A stretch of DNA of 64,000 nucleotides, from NCBI GenBank assembly GCA_964016885.1, contig OZ024745.1, positions 47,182,001 to 47,246,000 on the forward strand, in the 5' to 3' direction. The stretch's first letter is position 1. Each line of letters starts with the position of its first letter. Both the position numbers and the translations under genes were made by a program. Positions 48,519 through 61,910 of the stretch are shown in pieces. The notes beneath the pieces were generated by a model. That model searched no databases and was not told the DNA's origin. It worked only from the letters and a program-made list of their open reading frames with translations. The DNA is from Eledone cirrhosa. Taxonomy: Eukaryota.

Positions 48519-51500
48519 CATCATCATCATCATCATCACCGTTTTACGTCCATTCTTCCACGCTAGCATGGGTTAGACGAGTTGCCCTGTTGTTGGCAGT
48601 GTCTGGTCGGCTGACCTTGTCTTGCTCATACAGGAACTGATTCTGGCTTGATTTCTACAGCTGGATGCCCTTCCTAACACCAACCTCATTTACAGTGAGT
48701 GCTGGGCGTTTTTTTTCCGTGGCTCCTACACGTCCACTTTACAGTGTGGGCTGGGTGCTTTTTTGCCATGGCACCTCCACGATCACCTTGCAGTGGGAGG
48801 GTGTGGGGGCATATTGTCTATATGCTTCAGCTTGTACCCATGGGAGGTCGGGTACTCTGTATTACTGCGTGACGCCAGAGGTCTCGGTTGTGTGTCATCG
48901 CCTTTGAGAGGTGTAATTAGGTAAGGTCGGCTTTTATCACCTCATTCCAGGTCTTCTTGGGTCTCCCCACTCCGCGGTTTCCATATATATATATAACAAC
49001 ACAAACACAGGAATGTAAAAGCATAAAGTCTTATTCGTATCATGCTTAGGGGGAAGTAGAAGAGAGTTTGCGGGTTCGCCACTTTGGATGTAAGTCCTTC
49101 TTCAGGACCTGATATATGTGGGCTGGTTGTTTTTTTGCCGTGGCGCCTCCACGACCACTTTGCAGTGGGAGGGGGTGGGGGCATATTTCTATATGCTTCA
49201 GCTTCGGCTTGTACCCATGGGGGGGAGGGTCAGGTCTTCTGTATTACTGCGTGACGCCAGAGGTCATGGTCGTGTCTCATCGCCTTTGAGAGGTGTAATT
49301 GGGTAAGGTCAGATTTATCCCCTCATCCCAGGTCTTCTTGGGTCTCCCCACTCCACGGTTTCCATCGACTTCTAGTGCTCTGCACCTTTTTATGCAGCTG
49401 TCATCCTTCATACGCATCACATGTCCATACCAACGCAACCGCCTCTCCTGCACACAGCGTTTGATTCCTCTTATGCTCAGTCTCTCACTCAATTCATTTA
49501 TGCTTTGCCGTTCACGTATATTACTATTACACATCCATCTGACCATGCAGGCTTCGTTTCTTTCTAATCTACGCAAGTCTTCCACATTCAGCGCCCAGAT
49601 CTCACTACCATGTAACATTGCTGTTCGTATACACGCATCATACACTCTGCCTTTCATTTTGAGGGAAAAGCCTTTTGCAGCTAGCAGTGGCAGTAGTTCT
49701 CTGAACTTCTTCCATCCCGTTCTTACCCTAGTTATTGTACTTTCTGAACACCCACCTCTGCTACTAATTTGGTCACCTAGGTAGCAGAAGCTGTCTACTG
49801 TTTCTACAGAGCCCTCCCAGAGATTCGTTGTACTTGTTTCCTGTGGCTGTTTGCTGCTTGCTGTCCCAGCACAGCAGCTACATGTGAAGCCTATATTCTT
49901 AATTAAGCTTCCTGGGATCCCGCTACGTCTCTTGTGTACCCATTGTTTGCATTTGGGGCAGAGAATGGAGTTCCTACCTACACCTTTCCTACATACTGAG
50001 CAAGGCCATTTCCCTGAGGGGATCTGGGTTCTGTTTTCTTGTCTACTTACAAGGACCTTAGTCTTTGTCAGGTTGACTTTGATACCCTTTCTTTCTAGTC
50101 CCTGCTTCTAAGTTTGGAATTTCTTCTCTAGTTCTACCATAGATTCTGCTATAAGTGCGAGGTCATCTGCATACAGGAGTTCCCATGGGCATCCAGTCTT
50201 AAACTCCTTCATTATTGCCTGCAGGACTATGATGAACAGGAGAGGGCTAAGAACAGAGCCCTGGTGGACACCGACCTGTACGCTAAATTCCTCGCTATAC
50301 TCATTGCTAATCCTAACTTTGCTGACTGCTCCCCTATACATGGCTTGTACAGCTTTCACAAGCCATTCATCTACTCCTAGTTTTCTAAGAGCCCACCAGA
50401 TTACAGCACGTGGAACTCTGTCAAAGGCTTTCTCGAGATCGACGAATGCCAGGTAGAGTGGCTTACTTTTAGCTAGGTACTTTTCCTGTAACTGCCTCAC
50501 AAGGAAGAGGGCATCAGTGGTGCCTCTTCCTGGTACAAACCCAAATTGCATCTCATCTAGTTTCACCCGGTCCCTAATCAACTGTTCTATAACTCTTTCT
50601 GTTACTTTCATGACCTGGTCCATCAACTTTATATCTCTATAGTTTCCTCTATCTAGTGCATCCCTTTTACCTTTGTAGCAGTTGATAATGATGCTACTGC
50701 ACCAATCTTTTGGTATGACACCTTCTAGTATTACCTGGTTAACAATACGGGTGGTTATAGTGTGACCTACAGACCCAGATGCCTTCAGCATCTCGGCAGC
50801 TATACCTGATGGACCGGTTGCCTTCCCCATCTTCATATCTTTGATTGCCTTACTTACTACGCTGCTGCTGACTTGTACTGCTGGCCCCTCTATAGGGTCG
50901 ATTTGGGGTAGGGTCTCTTCTTCCCATGCATTCTCCTCATTTAGTAATCTATCATAATGGCTCTTCCACGCATCTTTCTTCTCAGCACTTGTGAGGGCAA
51001 GCTCACCTTTATCATTCTGGATACACTTCTCTCCAATGACATCACAATTCTCTCTGACACACTGCCTCGGAATCTTGAACACCTCCTGTTTCTGGTCCTC
51101 ACGTTGCAAAACATGCTTGAATTTTCTATCCTTTGCTTCCCTCCTAGCTAAGTATACTTGTCGCCTAGCTTCCCTCCTGGTCTCTATGTAATGTACCCTG
51201 CTCCCCCCGTTCTTCTATTCTTTCCATGCCTGTCTCTTGGTCTTAACTGCCTCATCTACCTTATTGTTCCACCACCAAGTCACTCTCCTCCTGCCTGTGG
51301 TTTTACTCCAGCCACAGACCTCATCCGTCGCCTCTAGTAAGTTATTTTTTAGGAATTCCCAGTGCTCTTCTACATTGAATGTCTCTATCTGTTCTTCTTT
51401 ACTGTCGAGGGCGTTGAGTAAAATATCTTTAAATCTGTTACTGGCTGAGGGGTCTTTCAGCTTCCAGATCTTTCTTCTCCAGGTTGGCCTCTATTTCCAG

Positions 51501-51945
51501 GTTCGTCTAGTTCTGACCGTTAGGTCGCTGACAACTAAGTTTTGTTGGGAGGTACATTCCTCACTAGGGTAGGGTAGGCTTTTGTGTTTACGACCGTCCA
51601 TCTGTCACGTCCTCTGATGAGGATAAAATCTATTTGACTAGAATGCTCCCCTGATCTATAGGTTTATCAGGTGGTTGTCGGGTTTTTGAAGTTTGTGTTA
51701 CATATTGACATGTCATTGGCGTCGCAGAATTCTAGAAGCCTGAATCCTTCTTCATTTCTTGTGCCAACCCCATGGACTCTATTGAAGCTGTCACAGTGTT
51801 TACTTACGTGTCCGTTAAAATCTCCTGCAATGATTAGGAAGTCATTGTCGTTTGTTAGAGCAGTAGTGTGCATTAGGGACTCGTAAAACCTATCCTTAAG
51901 TTCGTCTGGCAACCCCGATTGGGGTGTGTAAGCTGATATTATTGT
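48519..51945 (-). mobile_element. RTE subfamily A, longest copy (partial APE + RT + PHD; stops/frameshifts) with duplicated 3' segment
   Basis: APE IISAYTPQ..GDFNGHV..RNEEGFRLLEFC (51667-51945); RT 50108-51109; C-terminus 49277-49657; separate 3' piece 48519-48983. Confidence 0.92.
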
Positions 51946-52210
51946 ATCTCTGGCAAATTTTTGTTTTAAGTGGTAGCATTCCAGTGACAATTAATTTTCT
52001 TTATACATTAAAAATAATTATACATGACAAAGAAAGTACATTACTATAAATCCCTTCCATTATAAAATAAATAAGATGGTTTGGAGTCTCAATATGTAAA
52101 CTAAACGACTAATTGTGGTTTTAAAAAATCAATGGAGACACCTAAAAAAATTACGGATTTTCCAATTTCCACCTCGCTTATTTCAACTTTCCCACTTATT
52201 CCCTTCCTAT

Positions 52211-52250
<40 letters not shown>

Positions 52251-52481
52251 ATATATATATGCATATATATATATGTGTGTGTGTATATATATATAATATA
52301 TATATACATACACACACAGTATATATATATATATATATATATAAATGTAATCTGAGTTTTTTGAATATTAATAATAACATTCGATTCGTTTGCAATTATG
52401 CAAACAAGCCTCATTTTTATTTTTAAAGCCATGTCAGTAGAATGAACCCTTCATTCTTGCTCTTGTGTTGGCATGTAAACA

Positions 52482-52531
52482 GAACTGCAGACACTAATGT
52501 TTCTGGGTATCACCCTTCATCAGTACAGCTC
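52482..52531 (-). ncRNA. Type I hammerhead ribozyme (octamer family, copy 2)
   Basis: Identical to 11030-11079. Confidence 0.8.
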
Positions 52532-52832
52532 ACTGTTCACCTGCCAACTGTCAGAGCTAGTGAAAATATATGGTATTTTCTAAAATATACAGTAACTGAT
52601 TGGCCTGATTTGCATATTAGCAGACTGGCTGATCAGTCAGATCTGCATATTAGCAGATCCACTGGTCAGATTTGCATATCAGCAGACTGGCCAGTCAGTT
52701 TCCTGTATACGAGCGATAAATGGCTGGCTTTGCCATATTTAAATAAATTAAAAAAAAAGATTTTCGCTCTACATGGCTGAATACAATAAATGTAATCTGA
52801 GTTTTTTGAATATTAATAATAACATTTGATTA

Positions 52833-52949
<117 letters not shown>

Positions 52950-52955
52950 TATATA

Positions 52956-52986
<31 letters not shown>

Positions 52987-53093
52987 GCATATATATATAT
53001 ATGTGTATATATATGTGGATATATATATATGTGTGTATATAAATATATATATATATATACATATATATATGCATATATATGTGTGTGCATATA

Positions 53094-53143
<50 letters not shown>

Positions 53144-53535
53144 GAAAGAAGGTTTACATGGTTTGCTATACAAAAAAGTTTTTAATCACATAGCTTACAT
53201 TCGTTTCACTGAACTGGTATGTCTAGAGATCGCTATCCGCCTAATTTTGCGTCACTCGATCGCCAATACAGAATTATAACCAGTCAGATCTTCGGAGCAT
53301 GCGAGAATGAAGAAAATACACAGGCAAGAAAATAAAAGAAAATATGGAGTAGTTATGGCATTCAATTAGAACAATAAACAACAACAATTATTACAACAAT
53401 GCTATCAATAAACTATTTAAGGAGACCCTGACATTACTTAGGTGGGGGGTATATAATGTATCTAATGTTACGGCGTGAAAACCAGCTGTCATAAGGCAAA
53501 AAGTATCGTAGTGTGTATCAATTTTAAATTATAAC

Positions 53536-53958
53536 AACTGTCACCTCCCAGATAGGTGCCCATTGGCGAATAGATGTCTCGATTCGAGTCTGGTGTACAT
53601 GTGCACTGTCATCTCGGGTAACTCCACTTGGAATTACATAGGATCCACCGCGGGTTCTTTTAAGAAAAGATGGTATGTGCACAGGCACTCGATGAAAAAC
53701 CGAGCTCTTATGGGTTCCACCACCCTCGCCAGAAAAATATGGGAATTGAAGGACAGCAACGCTAGCTACACTATCAACTGGTCGAAGTTGTCGGCTGCTA
53801 AAACCTATAGTACAGGTATGTCCTATTGCGGGCTGTGTGATCTTGAGCTATTGTATATCCTTAGAAATGTTAAAAGACTACTTAATAATAAGTTAGAAAG
53901 ATCTATCTTCTGCAGGCATAGAATAGCCACTAAATTCATAAGATTCAAACCTCCGTGA
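53536..53958 (+). CDS. Neptune-type GIY-YIG endonuclease fragment
   Basis: CHLPDRCPLANRCLDSSLVYMCTV...NYIGST..FKKRWYVH..S...TTLA..IW...CGLCDLE...LLNNK.E..IFCRHR. Confidence 0.88.
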   Translation, partial: NCHLPDRCPLANRCLDSSLVYMCTVISGNSTWNYIGSTAGSFKKRWYVHRHSMKNRALMGSTTLARKIWELKDSNASYTINWSKLSAAKTYSTGMSYCGLCDLELLYILRNVKRLLNNKLERSIFCRHRIATKFIRFKPP

Positions 53959-54292
53959 ATCGAACCAACATAACATAGCTTTAAATTAGGATACCTACTA
54001 CCCACAAAAAAAATATATATTCATTAAGTATACTATTTCCTTCACAAGTCTATACCACACAATAGTCTGTAAATACCTCATCTACCAACAATCTTACTCC
54101 TTCTCAGCTGCTGCAATCATTTGATCCTAGATCCTAGTTTTTCTCATTTCACTACTACAATGTTACTTTACCTTCTTTTTGCCATATTACAATTAGCACG
54201 CTTTTCTCTTTGCATGTATGTATATTTTTGTACGAGTGTATATTAGTGTGTATGTATGTGTCTATGTACACATATATGTGTATATGTATTTA

Positions 54293-54365
<73 letters not shown>

Positions 54366-54720
54366 AGATATATGCGTATATTAATTCGTTAACCTCTGTA
54401 TTAACTCTACAACTATTGAGCTTTGACAGTGGTCCCACTCATGTATACGGTTGAAGATGAAGAGAAAGACTGTAAAAACTAGCTTATCTTTATAATTTAA
54501 AATTGATACACACTACGATACTTTTTGCCTTATGACAGCTGGTTTTCACGCCGTAACATTAGATACATTATATACCCCCCACCTAAGTAATGTCAGGGTC
54601 TCCTTAAATAGTTTATTGATAGCATTGTTGTAATAATTGTTGTTGTTTATTGTTCTAATTGAATGCCATAACTACTCCATATTTTCTTTTATTTTCTTGC
54701 CTGTGTATTTTCTTCATTCT

Positions 54721-54837
54721 CGCATGCTCCGAAGATCTGACTGGTTATAATTCTGTATTGGCGATCGAGTGACGCAAAATTAGGCGGATAGCGATCTCTA
54801 GACATACCAGTTCAGTGAAACAAATGTAAGCTATGTG
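54721..54837 (+). ncRNA. Penelope pLTR hammerhead, CCGAAGA core, 81-nt stem II (mirror copy 53187-53303, minus)
   Basis: CGCATGCT-CCGAAGA-T-CTGACTGGT...ACCAGTTCAG-T-GAAA-CAAATG-TA-AGCTATGTG. Confidence 0.65.
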
Positions 54838-55056
54838 ATTAAAAACTTTTTTGTATAGCAAACCATGTAAACCTTCTTTCCTGATTTATTATTACTCCAA
54901 GTGTTTACAACATAGGAATTACAGCATACCCGCAGCATCACTATGAAAACGCCTTGTTGAGTCAAACCAAGCCAAGCGTTAATATCATCCACTACCTGGA
55001 ATACCATAACTGGACTTCACCTAAGTGGACTGCATTTAACTATTATTTGTTAATCC

Positions 55057-55097
<41 letters not shown>

Positions 55098-55101
<4 letters not shown>

Positions 55102-55517
55102 AGTTTAGGAATAACCAAAGAGTGCTTAGATATACATTGTTTTATTTGCTAACAGTGTTTCATCCATACCCGAGGGCAGGTATCATCAGAGCTTATAATG
55201 AAAGGTTGCAGGCTCCATCGAGCCTAGTCACCAGAACAAGGAAATAGGACGAGTAGGGGGGTCCCAGGCCAGCGCTGTATAGAGCAACACATAATAATTG
55301 ATACATGTATTGTGTGTTGCTCTATACAGCGCTGGCCTGGGACCCCCCTACTTGTCCTTCTTCCTTGTTCTGGCGACTAGGCTCGATGGGGCCTGTAATC
55401 TTTGATATATTTTTATTTATAGGCTTCGATGATTCCTGTCCTAGAGTATGGATGACACACTGTTAGCAAATAAAACAATGTATTTGTCAGCACTCTTTGG
55501 TTATTCCTAAACTTATA
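55098..55517. repeat. ~420-bp palindrome carrying hammerhead motifs in both arms
   Basis: Arms are mirrored about ~55301. Minus: GCT-CTGATGA...GAAA-CACTG-TT-AGC (55148-55192); the plus copy is degenerate (TCGATGA...GACA, 55423-55467). Confidence 0.8.
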
Positions 55518-55643
55518 ACGGCTCTGTAGTATACTAGTTATCCTACATTGAGCTAAAACCACACTGTCATACCAAGGACAATATATCTGTGTGTCTGTGC
55601 ACATTAGTATAATTGTCAACGAAACTATATATATATATACACC

Positions 55644-55709
<66 letters not shown>

Positions 55710-55711
<2 letters not shown>

Positions 55712-58192
55712 AGAAACATTTAATGTAGAAGAGAACTGGGAGTTCCTAAAAAATAATTTACTAGAGGCGACGGATGAGGTCTGTGGCTGGAGTAAGACCT
55801 CAAGCAGGAGGAGAGTGACTTGGTGGTGGAACAATAAGGTAGATGAAGCAGTCAAGGCCAAGAGACAGGCATGGAAAGAATGGAAGAACGGGGGGAGCAG
55901 GGTACATTACATAGAGACCAAGAGGGAAGCTAGGCGACAATATACTTAGCTAGGAGGGAAGCAGAGGATAGAAAATTCAAGCATGTCTTACAACGTGAGG
56001 ACCATAAACAGGAGGTATTCAAGATTGCGAGGCAGTGTGTCAGAGATAGTTGTGATGTCATTGGAGAGAAGTGTATCCGGAATGATAAAGGTGAGCTTGC
56101 CCTCACAAGTGCTGAGAAGAAAGATGCGTGGAAGAGTCATTATGATAGATTACTAAATGAGGAGAATGCATGGGAAGAAGAGACCCTACCCCAAGTAGAC
56201 CCTATAGAGGGACCAGCAGTACAAGTCAGCGGCAGCGTAGTAAGTAAGGCAATCAAAGATATGAAGATGGGGAAGGCAATCGGTCCATCGTGTATAGCTG
56301 CCGAGATGCTGAAGGCATCTGGGTCTGTAGGTCACACTATAACCACACGTATCGTTAACCAGGTAATACTAGAAGGGGACATACCAAAAGATGGGTGCAG
56401 TAGCATCATTGTCAACTGCTACAAAGGTAAAGGCGATGCACTAGATAGAGGAAACTATAGAGGTATAAAGTTGATGGACCAGGTCATGAAAGTAACAGAA
56501 AGAGTTATAGCACAGCTGATTAGGGACCGGATGAAAATAGACGAGATGCAATTTGGGTTTGTACCAGGAAGAGGCACCACTGATGCCCTCTTCCTTGTGA
56601 GGCAATTACAGGAAAAGTACCTAGCTAAAAGTAAGCCACTCTACTTGGCATTTGTCGACCTTGAGAAAGCCTTTGACAGAGTTCCACGTGCTGTAATCTG
56701 GTGGGCTCTTAGAAAACTAGGAGTAGATGAATGGCTTGTGAAAGCTGTACAGCCATGTATAGGGGAGCAGTCAGCAAAGTTAGGATTAGCAATGAGTATA
56801 GCAAGGAATTTAGCATACAGGTTGGGGTCCACCAGGGCTCTGTTCTTAGCCCTCTCCTGTTCATCATAGTCCTGCAGGCAATAACGGAGGAGTTTAAGAC
56901 CGGATGCCCATGGGAACTCCTGTATGCTGATGACCTCGCACTCATAGCTGAATCTATGGTAGAACTAGAGAATAAATTCCAAACCTGGAAGCAAGGACTA
57001 GAAAGAAAGGGTATCAAAGCCAACATGACAAAGACTAACGTCCTTGTAAGTAGACGAGAAAACAGAACCCAGATCCCCTCAGGGAAATGGCCTTGCTCAG
57101 TATGTAGGAAAGGTGTAGGTAGGAACTCCATTCTCTGCCCCAAATGCAAACAATGGGTACACAAGAGATGTAGTGGGATCTCAGGAAGCTTAATTAAGAA
57201 TGTGGGATTCACATGCAGCAGCTGTGCTGAGACAGCAAACAGCAAACAGCCACAGGAAACAAGTACCACCAATCTCTGGGAGGGCCCTGTAGAAACAGTA
57301 GACAGCTTCTGCTATCTAGGTGACCAAATTAGCAACGGAGGTGGGTGTTAAGAAAGTGCAATAACAAGGTTAAGAATGAGATGGAAGAAGTTTAGGGAAC
57401 TACTACCACTGCTACATGCAAAAGGCTTCTCCCTCAGAATGAATGGCAGACTGTATGATGCGTGTATCCGAACAGCGATGTTGCATGGTGGTGAGACCTG
57501 GGCGCTGAAGGTGGAAGACTTACGTAGATTAGAGAGAAACGAAACCTGCATGCTCCGATGGATGTGTAACAATAATATACGTGAACGACAAAGCATAAAT
57601 GAATTGAGAGAGAGACTGAGCATAAGAGGAATCAAATGCTGTGTGCAGGAGAGGCGGTTGCGCTGGTATGGACATGTGATGCGTATGAAGGATGACAGCT
57701 GCATAAAAAGGTGCAGAGCACTAGAAGTTGATGGAAACCGCGGAGTGGGGAGACCCAAGATGACCTGGGATGAGGTGATAAAAGTCGACCTTACCCAATT
57801 ACACCTCTCAAAGACAATGACACACGACCGTGACTTCTGGCGTCACGCAGTAATACAGAGTACCCAACCTCCCATGGGTACAAGCTGAAGCATATAGACA
57901 ATATGCCCCCCACACCTCCCACCGCAAGGTGGTCGTGGAGGTGCCACGGCAAAAAAGCACCCAGCCCACACTGTAAAGTGGACGTGTAGGCGCCACGAAA
58001 AAGCACCCAGCACTCACTGTAAATGAGGTTGGTGTTAGGAAGGGCATCCAGCTGTAGAAATCAAGCCAAATCAGTTCCTGTATGAGCAAGGCATGGTCAG
58101 CCGACCAGACACTGCCCACAACAGGACAACCCGTCTAACCCATGCTAGCGTGGAAGAACGGACGTAAAACGGTGATGATGATGATGATGATG

Positions 58193-58195
<3 letters not shown>
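55710..58195 (+). mobile_element. RTE subfamily A copy, frameshifted
   Basis: ORF pieces 56261-56869, 56731-57351 (YADD, PHD) and 57376-57888; (GAT)n-(TA)n tail. Confidence 0.92.
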
Positions 58196-58238
<43 letters not shown>

Positions 58239-58282
58239 GTGTGTGTTTCCAATATATATATATATATATGCATATATATGTG

Positions 58283-61003
58283 TCATCATCATCATCATCA
58301 TCATCGTTTAACGTCCATCTTCCACGCTTGCATGGGTCTGGACGGGAGTTCCCCCACTTGAGGCAAGAGTGCTATCTTGCTCGTATAGGACTGTCTGGCG
58401 GGTTTTCTACGGCTGGATGCCCTTCCACGTTTACAGTGTGGACTGGGAGGTTTTTACCGTGTTACCTACATGGCCACATTACAGCGTGGACTGTGTTTTT
58501 TTTTATCGTGACACCTACACGACCTCATTTGTTTCGGACTGGATGTTGTGGTGCCAACATAACTTTACATCGAAAGGGGTGGTGTGGATGGGGTGTGGGT
58601 AGTGGGACGGGGTGTATTTTTGTTAGAGGTGCCTACTGACTGTAGTAGGTTTCACTTTGTACTTAGGTAAGGCGGGTCTTCTGTATTACTGTGTAGCGCC
58701 AAAGATCTCGGTCCAGTGACATTGTCTTGGAGAGGTGTAAGTGTGTGAGGTCGGAATTTATCAAGTCGTCCCAGGTTTTTATGGGTCTGCCTACTCCGTG
58801 GCTACCGTCTATTTTTATCGCCCTGCACTTTTTTATACAGCTGTCTTCTTTCATGCGCATCACGTGACAGTACCAATGTAGTCTTCTCTCGAGTAAACAA
58901 CATCTGATCCCTCTTATTTCTAATTTTTCCCTTAGTTCATTTATGCTTTGCCGTTCACGTATATTACTATTACACATCCAGCAGAGCATGCAAGCTTCGT
59001 TCCTCTCCAGTCTGCGTATATCCTCTGCACACAATGCCCAGGTCTCACTGCCATGTAACATTGCTGTTCGTATGCAGGCATAATACAGCCTGCCTTTCAT
59101 ATTTAGGGAGAACCCTTTAGCGGCTAATAGTGGTATAAGCTCTCTGAACTTTTTCCATCCAGTTCTGACTCTAGCTACTGTACTTTCAGAGCACCCTCCC
59201 CCACTGCTGATTTTGTCACCCAGGTAACCCAGATAACGGAAGGTGTCCACTATTTCTATAGAACCATCTGTGCAATGGAATGAGCTAGTATTCTGTGGGC
59301 ACTTGCTGCTACTTATTGCACCAGAGCACCGGCCACATATAAAATCTATGTTCTTAGTTAGCTTAGCTGTGATACCACTACATCTTTTATGCACCCATAC
59401 TTTGCATTTGGGACATAAAATGGAGTTTCTACCTACTCCTTTCCTACACCCTGAGCATGGCCATTTCCCGGATGGGACCGGTGCCCTATTTTCCTTCCTA
59501 CAAACTAGAACTTTAGTCTTAGACAGGTTAATTTTAAGGCCTTTTGATTCTAGGCCATGCTTCCATGTTTGGGATTTCTTCTCTAGTTCGGCCATTGATT
59601 CAGCTATGAGCGTTAGATCATCTGCGTATAGGAGTTCCCATGGGCAGCTGGTCTTGAACTCCACTGTTATAGCCTGAAGGGCAATAATAAATAGTAGGGG
59701 GATAAGAACAGAGCCCTGATGAACACCAACTTTTACGCTAAACTCTTCACTATATTCGTTGTTAATTCTAACCTTGCTGACTGTTTCTTTATACATGGCT
59801 TGTATAGCTCTCACAAGCCATTCATCAACACCTAGTTTTCTAAGAGCCCACCAGATAATGGAACGGGGGACTCTGTCGAAGGTTTTCTCCAAAGTCGACA
59901 AAAGCTAAGTATAGGGGTTTACACTTTTAGCTAGGTACTTCTCCTGTAGTTGTCGTACAATGAAAAGAGCGACTGTGGTACTTTTACCTGACACAAACCC
60001 GAACTGCATTTCATCTAGATCAATTCTCTCTCTGATTAGTTGCGCTATTACTTTTTCTGAGACCTTCATGACCTGGTCGATTAATTTAATGCCTCTATAG
60101 TTACTCCTATCTAGGGCATCTCCTTTACCCTTGTAGCAGTTAATGATGATGCGGCTACGCCAGTCCTTCGGAACAACCCCATTCTGTATGACTTGGTTTA
60201 CTATCCGGGCATCCATGGTGTGTCCCACCGTTCCAGAAGCTTTCAGCATTTCAGCAACTAGTTCCGAAGGCCCAGCCGCCTTTCCCGTCTTCATATCTTT
60301 GATTGCCTTACTTATTATACTACCTTCGACTAACACTGCTGGTCCCTTTATTGGATCGATGTGGGGGAGACTGTCTGTCTCCCATTTATTCTCCTCATTT
60401 AGTAGCCTTTCGTAGTGACACTTCCAAGCTACCTTCTTATCAGCGTCAGTGATGGCAAGTACACCATCATCATTAAGGACACACTTCTCCCCGACAATAT
60501 CACAGTTTCCCTTGTCCCATTGCCTAGCAAACCTGAACAGCTCACTTTTTTGGTCCTCACTTTTTTAGTCCTCTGCTTCCCTTCTTGCGAAGTACACTTG
60601 TCCCCTAGCTTCCCTCCTGGCCACTTGATAGTCTTCTCTACTTCCCCCATCCCGCCATACTTTCCAAGCCTGCTTTTTGGCCTTAATTGACTCCTCCACC
60701 TTACTGTTCCACCACCACGTTACTCTCCTCCTACCTATAGGCCTGCTCCAGCCACAGACTTTGTCTGTCGCCATCAGCAGGTTTGCTTTCAGGAATTCCC
60801 ACTGTTCCTCTATATTGTACGACTCTAAATGCTCTTCCTTACTGTCGAAAGCATCAAGTAATATGCTTTTAAATTTATTACTGGCTGTGGAGTTTTTTAG
60901 CTTCCATATTTTTCTCCTGAGGATAGTCCTCTTCTGTTGTCGAGTACGTCTCGTCCTGACTATGAGGTCGCTAATTATCAGTCTATGTTGGGAGGTGCAT
61001 TCT
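58283..61003 (-). mobile_element. RTE subfamily B copy, frameshifted
   Basis: ORFs 59905-60336 and 58663-59901 (YADD; PHD CSGC..CPKC.VWVHKRC..CGRC). Confidence 0.92.
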
Positions 61004-61065
61004 TGTGTGTGTATGTATATATATATATATATATATATGCATATATATATATGTGTGTGTGTATA

Positions 61066-61607
61066 TCATCATCAACATCATCATCATCATCATCATTTTA
61101 CGTCCGCTTTTCCCTGCTTGCAAGGGTTGGACGGGTCGTATTCAGCACACCATCTCTCCACTTGTCACGGACCTTCATCATCTCCTCGGTGAGTTTCAGC
61201 GATCTGAGGTCTGCTCTCACCACCTCCGCCCATGTTTTCCGTGGTCTACCACTACTGCATCTTCCTTCTACTGGGATTTCTGGGCACTTCTTTACCCAGC
61301 GATCATCCATGTGCATCACATGTCCATACCATCTCAGCCTTCTTTCCTGCACACCACAACTTATCCCTCTTATACCCAGTTTCTTTCTCAACTCGTCTAT
61401 GCTTGGTCGTTCACGCACATTGGCCTTGCACATCCAACGGAACATACTTGCTTCATTTCTCTCCAGCCATCGCATATCTTCTGCAGTTGCTGCCCATGTC
61501 TCACTACCATGCAGCATTGCGCATCTCACACAGGCATCATATAACCGTCCTTTCGTATGCAGAGAGAAACCCTTCTTTGTCAACAGAGGAAGCAGCTCCC
61601 TAAACTT
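61066..61607 (-). mobile_element. RTE subfamily C 3' fragment
   Basis: KFRELLPLLTKKGFSLHTKGRLYDAC...RLRWYGHV...GRPRKTW; very short 3'UTR. Confidence 0.85.
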
Positions 61608-61910
61608 ATCATCATCATCATCTTCATTTAACATCATACTAGCATGGGTTAGACGGGAGTTGTCCCATTTGAGGCAAGGTTGGTCGGGTGACTGTATCTC
61701 GCTCATATAGGACTATCTGAGCGAGACACGGTCACCCGACCAACCTTGCCTCAAGTGGGACAACTCCTGTCTAACCCATGCTAGCGTGGAAAATGGACGT
61801 TAACCGAAGATGATGATGATGATGATAAGTTTAGGGAGCTGCTTCTTCTGTTGACAAAGAAGGGTTTCTCCCTGTGTACGAAAGGATGGTTATATATATA
61901 TATACATATA

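Larger units (their letters stand above)
53139..55057 (+). mobile_element. 5'-truncated Penelope-like element with inverted pLTR
   Basis: Near-identical 396-bp inverted repeats (53139-53534 / 54490-54885) surround a GIY-YIG fragment; ~170-bp tail; (TA)n on both sides. Confidence 0.9.
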
